A stretch of 64,000 nt of DNA from Phoronis australis. Taxonomy: Eukaryota; Animalia; Phoronida. A model generated the notes under the pieces. The model ran no database searches, had not been told where the DNA came from, and worked only from the letters and a program-made list of their open reading frames with translations. Positions within the stretch are counted from its first letter, which is position 1. Each line of letters starts with the position of its first letter. The stretch is from positions 615,225 to 679,224 of the forward strand of contig NMRA01000079.1 in NCBI GenBank assembly GCA_002633005.1, written 5' to 3'. Both the position numbers and the translations under genes were made by a program. Positions 28,001 through 40,000 of the stretch are shown here, piece after piece.

Positions 28001-31000
28001 GCTTTCTAAAGATCAGCAGCATTAGTTACTATCGGACATTCTGGCAAGATGTTTATCCAAGTTTGTCAGTCTAGAGTACTCAGTCAAAATGTGCCTAGTT
28101 ACTAAAGCTCATTTTGTACCACGTTCATTGTGTTTAATAATAGAACTTCTGCTGGTTTTACTTTAAACTGCCTCTGTAGTCGGCCCCATGTGGGTGCTTG
28201 GAACATGATTGACACAAGATATCTATCACCTATGAAATCCCGTGTCCTCCAAATCATGAAATCTCACCAGTCAGATGGAGAGTGTCACATTACATATGAC
28301 CTGCCCTGGGATATTTCTCAATGCAAATTTTGCAAGAACCCCGGATCCCTAGTTTAACAGCTGATAATTCAACACAGGCAACTTTGGTTGATCATAATTA
28401 TCATAATAACCATTAATTAATATCAAACATTTCAGAATCTATGAACTGATATGAATGGTATGAGAAGAATTCATATTGTGGTTTAAGGTGGTTGATCCGT
28501 CCACACAGACCTTGTGTAAGTCTCCTACAGCGTTAATCATGCTCGCAGATTTAGAAATCTTTCAAGGAGTGTTTGGACATGCTACAAACTATTGAGGGTT
28601 GACGTTGGAGAGAGCACATTTACTAATTATTTTTATTTAAAGAAATTTAATTATGACCAACTCACATAAAATGGAATAAATTAAATGATTGGAAGCCTGC
28701 TAGTGATAATTAAGGCCAAGACCAAGTTTAAACACATTTTTAACAAATTGTAAAATTAAGGAAAAAAGCCCTCAAAACTAAAAACTACATGACACCCTCC
28801 AGCCACTAACAGTTCAAGAGACAGCACATGCTGGTCGGTAGGCACTCACTAACTCAACTGACCTGATTCAGCACAAATTCATCGTCAAACTGACCGGCCG
28901 TCTTAACAGTGTTTGGCTTGACGCACCGTATGAAGTGGGGCGTGGCGGCAGTCATTCGCTCAATGAGCACGTGCAGAGAGTTCTGAAAATGGAAGGAGCC
29001 TTAAATGATTTGAGTACAGTGAAGGTAAAATATTTTTGCAGGCGGTCTGCTACACATTGTACCAAACGTGCGCAGGCTACTCATATGGGCCCAATGCACT
29101 GAGCATCTGGAACCATTTTATGCTTTAATAAATAATAGTTAAAACCAAGCTGAGGATCTAGAAACCTGACTCACGGGTTCAGCAGTTTGACCCAGTGGGA
29201 CTGTGCCCATGACCTCGAGTAAAGAAGGCGGGCACCTATTACACTAGGCCACACTGCCTCCCATGAAAGTAAACTTGACTGAACAAACAGACTTGATGTG
29301 ACAGATACCATGAAAACTAAAATGGGAAACATGCGTATTGACTTCGTTACAGGTAGAGGCTGAGGCGACATGTCCAGTGCATTGCGGGGGAGTCAAACTA
29401 CGACAATAAACAAAACACTCGCACTTCCAGCCAATAGGAGACCATGCCCACATATCACGGTTTGCAAAATGTAAAATGTCAATGGGACAGTCAGCATTAA
29501 TCTGAAGTGAAATATATCTGGGACTGCATGTGTTACACCACAACAAATTAATTATAAACAGACATGAGAATACATTAGTTAACTATTACAGTATTTATTT
29601 GAAAAGCTGTGAACAGATAGTTGTTGTATTGTGAACAGCATAAACTGTTACAGACAATATTTTCCGCTGGTTGTTTCTGATGAAGTTACCAAAAGTTAAA
29701 AGCAAAATGTCTGAAGTAACAATGTTTTGCTTCCTCTTACAATCACACTTTGAACAACAAATTAAACCTGCTGTCCATCGCAAAAAAAGACTTTTGATTG
29801 AGGCCACTTACCATTATGAAATTGGTTAAAAACAATTTTTTTTAATAAAGTTGGAGAGGATTTCGGGAATTTGAATGACACTACATTTCGTTATTGCTTG
29901 AGGCAATGCTTGCCATGCCAATTGCTTGAGACAAGACTTGTCACACCAACTGCTTGAGACAAGACTTGCCACACCAATTGCTTGAGACAAGACTTGTCAC
30001 ACCAATTGCTTGAGACAAGACTTGTCACACCAATTGCTTGAGACAAGACTTGTCACACCAACTGCTTGAGACAAGACTTGTCACACTTACTGCTTGAGAC
30101 AAGACTTGCCACACCAATTGCTTGAGACAAGACTTGTCACACCAATTGCTTGAGACAAGACTTGCCACACCAACTGCTTGAGACAAGACTTGTCACACTT
30201 ACTGCTTGAGACAAGACTTGCCACACTTACTGCTTGAGACAATGCTTGCCACACCAATTGCTTGAGAGAAGACTTGTCACACCAATTGCTTGAGATGAAG
30301 CTTGCAACACCAATCATGGTTTCTAGTATATACAAGTATCTGAGTGTGTGGTCTTTGAAAACTTAGAAATCATTTTTCATGTGAGTGAGGAACAAGTTGA
30401 GATCACTTTCATAGCATGCGTGATCTATATAATTGCTCCTTGGACAGAAAATAGGTTTCCGGAAGCATTAAAGATTCAAATACCTTAAACTGCGCTCCGA
30501 CTGTCAACTTCCTAGTGGGGGGTTGTTTGCCTGGTCGGGCTGGCTTCGTCTTTGTGGTGCGCTTTCTCGTTCGTCTCCCCTGCAATGCCAGTGTGCCAGT
30601 GCGAGTTACCGTTCCACGGAAGATTAGACACAGGAGGTCATTGGTGCTGCGTTGTAACATCTCCATCACACCAGGGGGCAGCGAGTCACGATTCTTCTCC
30701 AGCCAACCATCTGCTGTGTACTCCACCTAGTGGAAATATATAGACCAGTAAAACCCAGTTTCTTTATAATTTGTTCTAAACAAGAATTTCCCCTAAGAGA
30801 AGCAGTCTCAAAAATTGAAGAACATCACATGAAAGACCCTGTAATGATGAGTTTTACGATTTCTTAAGGGTTCTCTACTGTATCATCTTTGAAAATAATA
30901 AAACTTGCCAGGTACAAAGTTGCGATCATAATTTGATTGTTAATGCTCCTGGGTTCAAAGTTCATGGTTTAGAGACACATCATGACAGACAGGTGAAATT

Positions 31001-34000
31001 TCATTTTGTTTAATTTATAAATTATTCAACAAAAATAACTTTTCAGGGAAATCTAATTTGCTTTTAACATGGTTTCCATGACATAGCTATTACCAAACAA
31101 CATTTGGTTAAATTCAGCATTTGCAACAATGTGGCCTCTGAAAAATCGAAATATGTCAATTTTAGCTATTTCTTTTGTCCCAATCTGAAGATCTTTTACA
31201 GTATTTTTTTCAATAACTCAGTCGACTCAGTGGAGCTTGCTGCTCGCGTCTGCAGCAAACTCATAACTGCACTTTCAAGTATTACAGATCACAACTTTCC
31301 CCAATGAACTAGGTGCAGTGAATCCTAAACAGACTATACAGTGGTTCACAGTCTTGAGTGGAAGCTGACCATGTTACCTAGTAGGCTATTGCATTCTGGT
31401 CATTCCTGCTCAACCAAAAGACTGGCTGCGAATACACAGACACAAGTGCATCTTATATCGGCCAATCACAGCTCACTGCAGTTAAGGGGGATAACGGCTG
31501 TGTTTCTTCTACTCACATTTCCAGCGTAGTGACAGATGGTGAAGTTGTTACTTGTTGCTCTGACAGATTTTACAAAGTGCTCGTTGCCTTGGAAGTTCTT
31601 GTTGAGCTTTTCAACGAAAGTGTGGTCCGTTGCCTGGAATGAAATACTGATGAGTACCGATAATTCAAGAAGTAATTCTCATCAAATAAAACAGCCTTAT
31701 TCATTATTTGACATAAGCGTAATAACTTTTGTCAAAAATCCTACAAGTTGCATATTTTGCAGATAACTGTACGTATTACAAATAAGTCAGCCTGTTTGTA
31801 GTGACAGATACACAATCATGAACATATAGGATGATACCAAGCCTACGATGTTCCTACCTTGGGAAAATGACTCTCCTCGTCCAACAGAGCAAGTAGACCA
31901 ATAGGGCGTGCTATAAACAGGTCCTGGAAACAAATGTAAAGAGAAATCTTTTACATGCTAACTCAAACGAGAATTATCCTGTGTATGTTCACCAGCATCC
32001 CCAATGTTTCTAGAATTTAAAGGGTAAAGTGGGGATGATAGCCATTATTAAGAACATTTAAGCAGCTTAGGCAAGAGTGAATTCCATTCACAAAACTTGC
32101 GTTGGCGATTACCAAAACTTACTAAAGATTTTACCCAAAGATCATCCAACCGCTTAGCACAATGCAATTCAACTTAAGTTAACTTTGAACTTTTACATAA
32201 AGTGACTGCAGATGGTCAATTTTTTAATAAAATCTTGAGTAAAGTTGGGTGATCTCAGGATCTGTTTTCAACCCAAGTGGAACGTTTACATATCTTTCAA
32301 AACATAGCACACTTTGTGAAATGTTCAGTTTTTGAATTAAAGTTATTTTTTACCTGAAAATTGAAATTGAAGTATGGGACACTATCTTAGAGAACAGACA
32401 AAAACAGACATTAAGTCATAGTTATTTTCAGTTACTGCTTAAATTTCTAGAGTTCAGATGCTGTTCATACAGTTTAAAGGCCAAAAGCTCAATCCTGTCA
32501 ATGCTCACCAGGAGGGGTTGGTTGTCAACAAACGGTACTTCCGTCCAATCAATACCTTCCTTTTTGTATTCTTCTTGCTCCATTTTGAAGATGTGCTAAA
32601 CGGAGAAATACATTCTCAACAAATTAATTGGCCCAATAACGGATCCAAATGTTCAATGAGACAAAGTTTGCTGATCTCAACCATTGCTTATCAGCGACTT
32701 TATCTGAATTAAACTGGTGTAACATTCGACATTTTCACGACGCATCCAATCACAAAGTGTTTTCTTATGACTTATGTAGAGAACCAGTGTCGATCCATTC
32801 TGAACATCGGATACAGAGAACAAAGTACAAAGCGTATTGAAGTTGGATCCACACAATAACAGAAAGGTAGAGAACAAAATCAAAAATTCAGACAAAATGT
32901 CCTGCAATTCCCCATCATGACAGTTGGACTGAAACTGAACTCATCATCAGACGGTAGTCTTCCCTCATGAAGGGGGAATGTGGCTAAGCCATTCTGCAAT
33001 TACAATGTTGCTTTCCTAATAGTTATTACCTGTAATTTTTGCCATTATAAAAATGAACCGTCATAACGCGAAAGTGACATTTAGTTTGATTACATGTTTC
33101 TTGTACTGTACATTACAATTTTACACTCACCTGGTTAAAGAAGAATTGAAGCTGTTCATTGGCCAAGTTGATGCATGCCTGTTCAAAACTGTTCACAGTA
33201 AAGTGTTCAAAACCAAAGATATCCAAAATACCTGTTGCAGAGTAAAGCAACGACTATCAATCACCCTAATATAGATTAGTGTGCTGAAATGTTGGCAATA
33301 AAGAACAAATGAAACAATGAGCTGACCAGAAAGTACAGCAAAGTCTCATAAGTTAAGGACATAGTGAATTATTTTATTTCAACATTTTCTTCATGAAACA
33401 CAATCATGTAGCACCAAATCAAATACTTTTCCATTGTTCAAGTTTTTTAGCACAGCCATCATCAGTCTTGAAAATTGTGGGAAATCAAATCAATGTTTGA
33501 AGCTCTTGAAAGTGATAAAAGAATATTTTTGGCAATTATTTTAGACCGGAATTGATGAGATTATGGGGGGATTTCGTTGCTGGTGTTTCAGTATCAATGT
33601 CGAATTCTTAGCTGAAGATATCAGTTCAGGATCAACCGTTGAACCACCGAGTAAGCAGAAGCCGCAGCAAAGTGCCACCGTATTAAGTAGAATACAAAAT
33701 TGGAGAACGCTCAAAACTGAAGAATGAATAATTATGAGGAAGAAACAGGAGACCTTCCAAGAGGTGGCGCTTTAGTCAGAAGCCGATAGGCAAAATTTCA
33801 TTCAGCTTAATGTTTCTTAAATTACAGCTGCAGCATCAGTCTGTATGTAGCTTTTCTCCATTATTTAATACAAATTTAATGACAAACTTTTTACAATTAC
33901 AACACCTATTTGCATGTATGAACTGTCAGACATTTTGCTGAACTCTAAGGAAGCACGATCGGTGACACTACACAATGTACAAATGAACGAAACTTATATC

Positions 34001-37000
34001 GTAAACAGTTTTGCTGTTTCATTATAGTCCATATCTTACCTATTACCTATTTAGCATACATTTTACCTAAGCATACATTTGGCAGACAATCAGAAAATTT
34101 GTTTTTATTATTATCAAAAAAATAAACATTGCGAGCTATCTAATAGTCTTTTATTGCCCGAGTATCGTAAAACAACACCTTGTAATAGTATTAAAGAGTT
34201 AGCTTTAAAAAATAGAGAAAAGGGCAATTCTTGTGCAAACTAACTGAAAATCTGTAAAAGTTGCATTACCAATTTCCTGAAAGCTGGGCACTGCCTCCTG
34301 TGGAGCCAGTAACTGGTTGATTTTGTTGACTATCCAGCCGAACAGACGACCGTAGATCGTCTTGGCAGTGGCGTCCCGTGCATCTGCAAAACACTTGATT
34401 ATTGCAACACCTGACAAGCTTTATCACAGTTCATACATTCATAACAGCACTCCTTTGAGAGTCATATCTCTAGTGTCTAACTTCAATTAGCAAAATTTAA
34501 CAAATTTGTGATTGCCTTCTTCTAATAACAATTACAGCAGTGAACATTCCGAATAAGAGAATCTTGTAAAGGTTCACTTGGTGCACGAGAGAGCACACGT
34601 CTGTAATGACCTCAAATGACCCTACCCATGGCCTGCTGTCGCGTGTAGTTCCTGCGTATCTCTTCCCCTCGGGTCACGTCAACCTTGCAGGTAAAACAGT
34701 CCAGTAACTCTTCTGAATCCACCCCCAACAGAGACTGTAAATGGTGACATGGGAGAAATACACATCAACGTTAAAAAACGCCACCAGTTTGAGCTTAGAG
34801 GGAGAAATTAGTTGTCATAGTGACTTAGAATCTTGAAAATAGTTATAAATTAATCATGGGTGTCTTTCACACACAATTTGCTTTTGAAATTGACATGCAA
34901 GTCCAGTGAAAGTATTTCTTTGTGCACCTTGCCCTTCGTCATACAACTGTTCCTCTTGGCTTGTGTAAGTAAACACAGCTTAACAAAAATTTTCCGGACC
35001 TGACTGAGAAGATAGAATTGTTCATTACCCCCTATTGGTTTTAAATAGCTCAGCCCGGATTGACAGGGTGTAAGTAAATGCAAGCAGAGTGAAGTGAGAA
35101 CCCTTTGGAGCAGACAGAGTTCTACAGTAGCATAAAAACACTGAAACTGAATTTTCTTAAAAGCCAACTTTAGTAGTTTTAACATTCAAGCACCTACATT
35201 TTATGGCCGAAGACAGACAATATATCATATTATGATAGAATGTCATTCTAGCTACTCGGGTGACGAATATCATTTCTACACAGTCGTCACGACAGGGGAA
35301 TTCCTAATCATTTTGCACGATTATTTTAGACCCGCGCTGAATCTCAGAAATGGTGGAATTAAATGCAAGATGTACCAAAGGAAAAAAAATAAATAGATAA
35401 AATATGATCAGTTTTGTTGAAGCACATCAAAACTACTTAAAGGAAGATGTTGGAGTACAGAAACATTCATGTTGTCACATTGAAATAACTTTTAAACAAG
35501 AACCACAAAAAATTCTCTCTCTGAAATGGACTATTAATTGCGCAACAGTGATGCCATGAACAGACATCCTTTAGTCCCTGTCTTCTCATTGGTTGCTTGA
35601 CTACTGAGACTGCTTTGCTTAGAAAAAATCAAAATCTTATAGCCTTGAATGTTTCAATACATAATAATGTATCTTTCCCCCAAAAGAAAATGAATGTTTA
35701 AGTTCATAGCACAGTTTGACATCCCATTGAGGCTATGGATTGATCTAAATCCCCCAAAAAATAATACCGAGGTGGACTTTTCACATCATTCAAATTGTCT
35801 CCCAACCATAACAAAAAAAACATGTGTGCAAAGACCCAGGGAGATCTCCACAATTCCCCGCATCCACACGATACCTTAGTCACTTACCGCAACCCTGGAG
35901 AGCACGTTCTTGTCCTTAACAAGGGACGTGTCATTGTCATCTTGATCAAACTCAACGTTACCCATGTTGAGGACACTCGACAGAATCACAAACATGTCCT
36001 CTTGTTCCTATGGTGATAATGAAAACGTAACGTCACACCAGGAAGCAATGCCAATGAAACATCAAGCATTTGTGAATACTCACACATTTCCTGACGTTAG
36101 TTACATTTTTAACATTTATTGGGCCGCATGATCCACTCTTAAAACCAAAGACCGGAGTAGAGTTCCGTAGAGTACAAGTACCTCAGTAAGGAAGCAATAG
36201 AAGTGAGATCATGGGCTTTGTTTGCAATACATGGCATTATCTTGAAGTCTTGCTTGTGTGTTTGCAGGATTTTCACCGCTACTCAACGCACGCCTGGATT
36301 TTTCCACGCATTATAGATGTATAAGCACGTTGTGAAACTAGTCTTGTACCGAGATTGAAAAAGCATTCTACCAACTGCCCACTTTTATCGTTACCTCAGT
36401 ATGCTAATATCAGACATTGCTGACGCCAGGCATAGACTAAATGAAAAACAAGAATTTCACAACCACTACAGAGACACATTCACTCATCAAAATTATTGTC
36501 GGAAGGCGTGAATCCAGTAGGTCCTCTAGTAAAAGAACATGTTGCTGGTGAGCTATTGTGTTAATCATGCATGTAATTTCTCAAACCCGACTATGGACAT
36601 TTAACCACACACAATTAAAGAGATACACATGGATCATTAGGTATATACAATATCACAACCTATGAATATTTTGCGGCAGAAAACTTCAGAAGCAATCAAT
36701 GAATGACCTTAGTGTAAATGTTTAGTAATGCTAAATATTTCTGGGTAAGAATCTGTAAAATAAACTCCAATAGTTGTTTTGCACGTATTTTTAAATCAAC
36801 CTACAAATTGTATAAAAACCAATTTATTTCAAGGTAGAAAATTCCGCTATCTAAGAGTCACATGGAAGTTAAGCTTATCAATTTTGTGTCACAGTGTGTA
36901 TGGCTCTAAACCAGATTTGCACTGTGTAATACCTTGCGTATATCCAATTACCCATGGACCCCTACCTCGGATGTGAATCCAACCAAGTCCATGGCATTCC

Positions 37001-40000
37001 AATTACCCATGGGCCCCTACCTCGGATGTGAATCCAACCAAGTCCATGGCATTCCAATTAGCCATGGGCCCCTACCTCGGATGTGAATCCAACCAAGTCC
37101 ATGGCATTCCAATTACCCATGGGCCCCTACCTCGGATGTGAATCCAACCAAGTCCATGGCATTCACAAGTTCATCATACATCTTCGTCAGGCGTGTAAAC
37201 GAGCTCTTCAATGAACCGTCACCATTGGTTAGATACCTGAAATTACGACACATTATTTACTAGTGGATAGAATGATAAGAAATGACAAGAAAGTGAGAGA
37301 AAATTATGGTTTCGGTTAATAAATAATAATAATAATTTGATCAGCTCTAGATGAACCTACAAACATAATGGATGTTGCCGAGAGCATCCTTAAGAGATGA
37401 ACTTTCATTTGGCGACAATTTTAGCACTGAATCCTACAGAGCTGAATGTAAGGGAATTCACTTTGAACACTTGCAGCCAGCATAATTTTGTTCTGTGACA
37501 TTTCACTACTAGTAAATGTCTCATGCCAGTCTTTAATAGTTTAGATAATTATTCATCCACATTAAAGTAGTAAATAAAAATTACTGACTAGTGGCATCAA
37601 CAGAAGAGCTGCATTTTGTTTCACAAAAAATGACATTATAATTAATGGGTTTTATGACTGAAAAACAGATTTTTGTGATATTTGTTGTAAGAGTCTAACC
37701 TTGGTGTCATTTTTAAGCTTTAACCAGAGCTATAACACAACAATATTACAAGGCAGTTGTGTTTTAATGATTTATTACATAATTTATGATTCCCACCATT
37801 TTCTGCCAGTCATTTGCCAAAATCAAGACTGGTGACTTAATATTAACCAGTTGAATGAATTGCTTTAATCCCTGTCATTATTGCATTGAGCTCCAGTAGC
37901 AGAGAGTTGGACTGAGATCACAGGGGCTACGAGTTTGATTCTGCATTGGGGAGAAAAATATTTTACTCGCAGTAATATAACTTTAAGTCACAGTTTTGTC
38001 CTAAACCTCGCACATATAATAACTAATATCTCGCTGCCAGAGCAAACGTACAAAGTCTTTGAACACAAAGTTGCTCACTAGACAGATAGTTCCGATAAAT
38101 TATTTCTAAATTCTGATGTGCTAACAGTTAAATAACACAGTCAATCTCATTCTTTATTCAGCCATTAAGAAATGGGAGCCTTTCAGTCACTTGTCATGAA
38201 ACAGACGTCATAGTCATCCAGAAAACATCTTGGGATGTGTTTAAGGAAAAGTAACTGAAGACTTGAGACAGAAATCTGGTCTCACATTCCCACTTCATAG
38301 TTGCCAGATGAAGGCTTAGTCGTGTAATTATTGGAATATCACTCACTAGAAATAATTTACTATTTTGTGCAATTTTTCTCTGATGGTAAGTTAGAATGGG
38401 TCTATTTCAGATACTTTATTCTTTTGCTATTAATTAAAGTGAGTTTAAATTATTTTTCAGAAATAGTTACGAGGAGCGTAAAAACAAATATTTGTCATGT
38501 CTTAAGGCACCTTCATGAAACAGGCCAGAGGTTCTCGAGTGGAAATACTTAATTCAAAGTTCATGATTTGATGATGAAGCTTGCAACAACAGTGATATCC
38601 CCATCAACAAGAACGCAGTCACGCAAACTCACAACTACCATAAAATAACTTTGTCTAATCTTCCCTCCTTAGTAATATATACCTGTATCCCTCTCCACGA
38701 TCCAGTTTGTACTTCAGGAGTAACTCCGGGGACAGTCCAGCAAACATATAGTAAAAGATGTGAAAGTTCTCCTCCCCTGGGTTCTGTCTTGCCACCCGTG
38801 ACTTCTCTAGCAGGTACTCGGAGATCTTGGCCCCCATGACTGCAGCAGATAAGAAACAGATAAAGAACACCAGGTGTGCCCAGAGGGCGCACCGTGGGTG
38901 AACCAAGTCCGTGAATAAGAGCAAGGCAGAGCGTTGAAATGTGCCCACAAATGCATCACATTTTAGGGTTAGTAATTTGTGTCTTAAAAATGGTCACTAG
39001 ATGGCGCAAAAAAATGTAGACTCCACCCAAAGTACACATAGACCAGGTAAAGAACAATTTTCAGTTCAGTCTGTGGAAACATAATGGAGCACCATCAAAC
39101 AAAGTGACTGTAGTCCCCCCACCGTGAAAAGCTGGACAGTGGAAAAGCTGTCCACAGATAATTGACAGGCAATTGACTCATAGATAGTCTTTCGTTAGAG
39201 CTGGTGGTGCCAACTGACTCAGAGTTGTTGTGTTTGGGTCATTACAATGTATTAATTTATAAGTGTTATCAAGTCTGGCTTGAGCCTGTTACTTCTATAA
39301 CCTAAACAAACTTAGACTGCTGTGAACCCGGGGGGGGGGGGGNNNNNNNNNNNNNNNNNNNNAAGACTGACTCTGTCAAGAATAAGACAAGGGAACTGAC
39401 AACTATTAACTATGCATAGACATTAAATTTACAAGTATTCACAAAATATTCAACCTTTTGTTTTGTGCTCTCCCTGACAAGTCATTGATGCATTGAAACA
39501 GCTCTGCGTCGAAAACAAGAAACAATAAATCAGAGACAAACAAAATTATATGTTACAATATTAGAGTTCACACGGAATCAGGGCTTTAGTGCAGCTCTGT
39601 TGATGAACTAGTACGTTCAGCAAAATAGTAAGAATTACTTACTGTGCCCATTCTTGAACTTAAGTTGGATGTATTTCCCGAATCTACTCGAGTTGTCGTT
39701 CATCACTGTTTGTGCATTTCCAAAAGCTTCCAGCAAAGGGTTGACCTGCAACAAGTCTGCGATGCGAATTAAACGCGCTATGCAAAAACGTTCTGGCTTT
39801 GAATAAATAGAACCTAAACACACCGTTATCTTTTAACATTTAGAATCACGGATGTCTTCAGTTTACCACAGAAAGGATTTATAATGATGCCTCATGAATC
39901 TATATCAAAACTGTAATGACTTTGCTAGCCACAAATCAAAATATTGTGATTGTCCAGAGAAATTTGGAATACAATATGGCGGACAGATGAAATTTTATTT

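Larger units (their letters stand above)
24871..29762. repeat. About 2.4-kb tandem duplication (24871-27352 / 27357-29762) joined at a single N (27353)
   Basis: The copies are colinear. Their right halves are nearly identical, and their left halves differ by substitutions and indels. Confidence 0.9.

Noticed and set aside
25713-29807. Pairs of near-identical ORFs (e.g. 25713/28130, 26834/29244) as a duplicated gene family
   Set aside because: They are chance intronic ORFs copied by the 2.4-kb duplication, with no recognisable protein features.
29894-30313. 28-bp repeat with an internal palindrome as a CRISPR array
   Set aside because: Units are head-to-tail with no unique spacers, there are no cas genes, and the array lies in a eukaryotic intron.
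30087-30335. 82-aa repetitive ORF
   Set aside because: It is a translation of the 28-bp minisatellite.
36944-37163. 55-bp repeat as a CRISPR array or a coding repeat
   Set aside because: No spacers, the unit length is not a multiple of 3, and an in-frame TAA follows the first donor.
37888-37960. Second tRNA-like/SINE head
   Set aside because: The boxes are too degenerate (gagtttgattc) to support a call.
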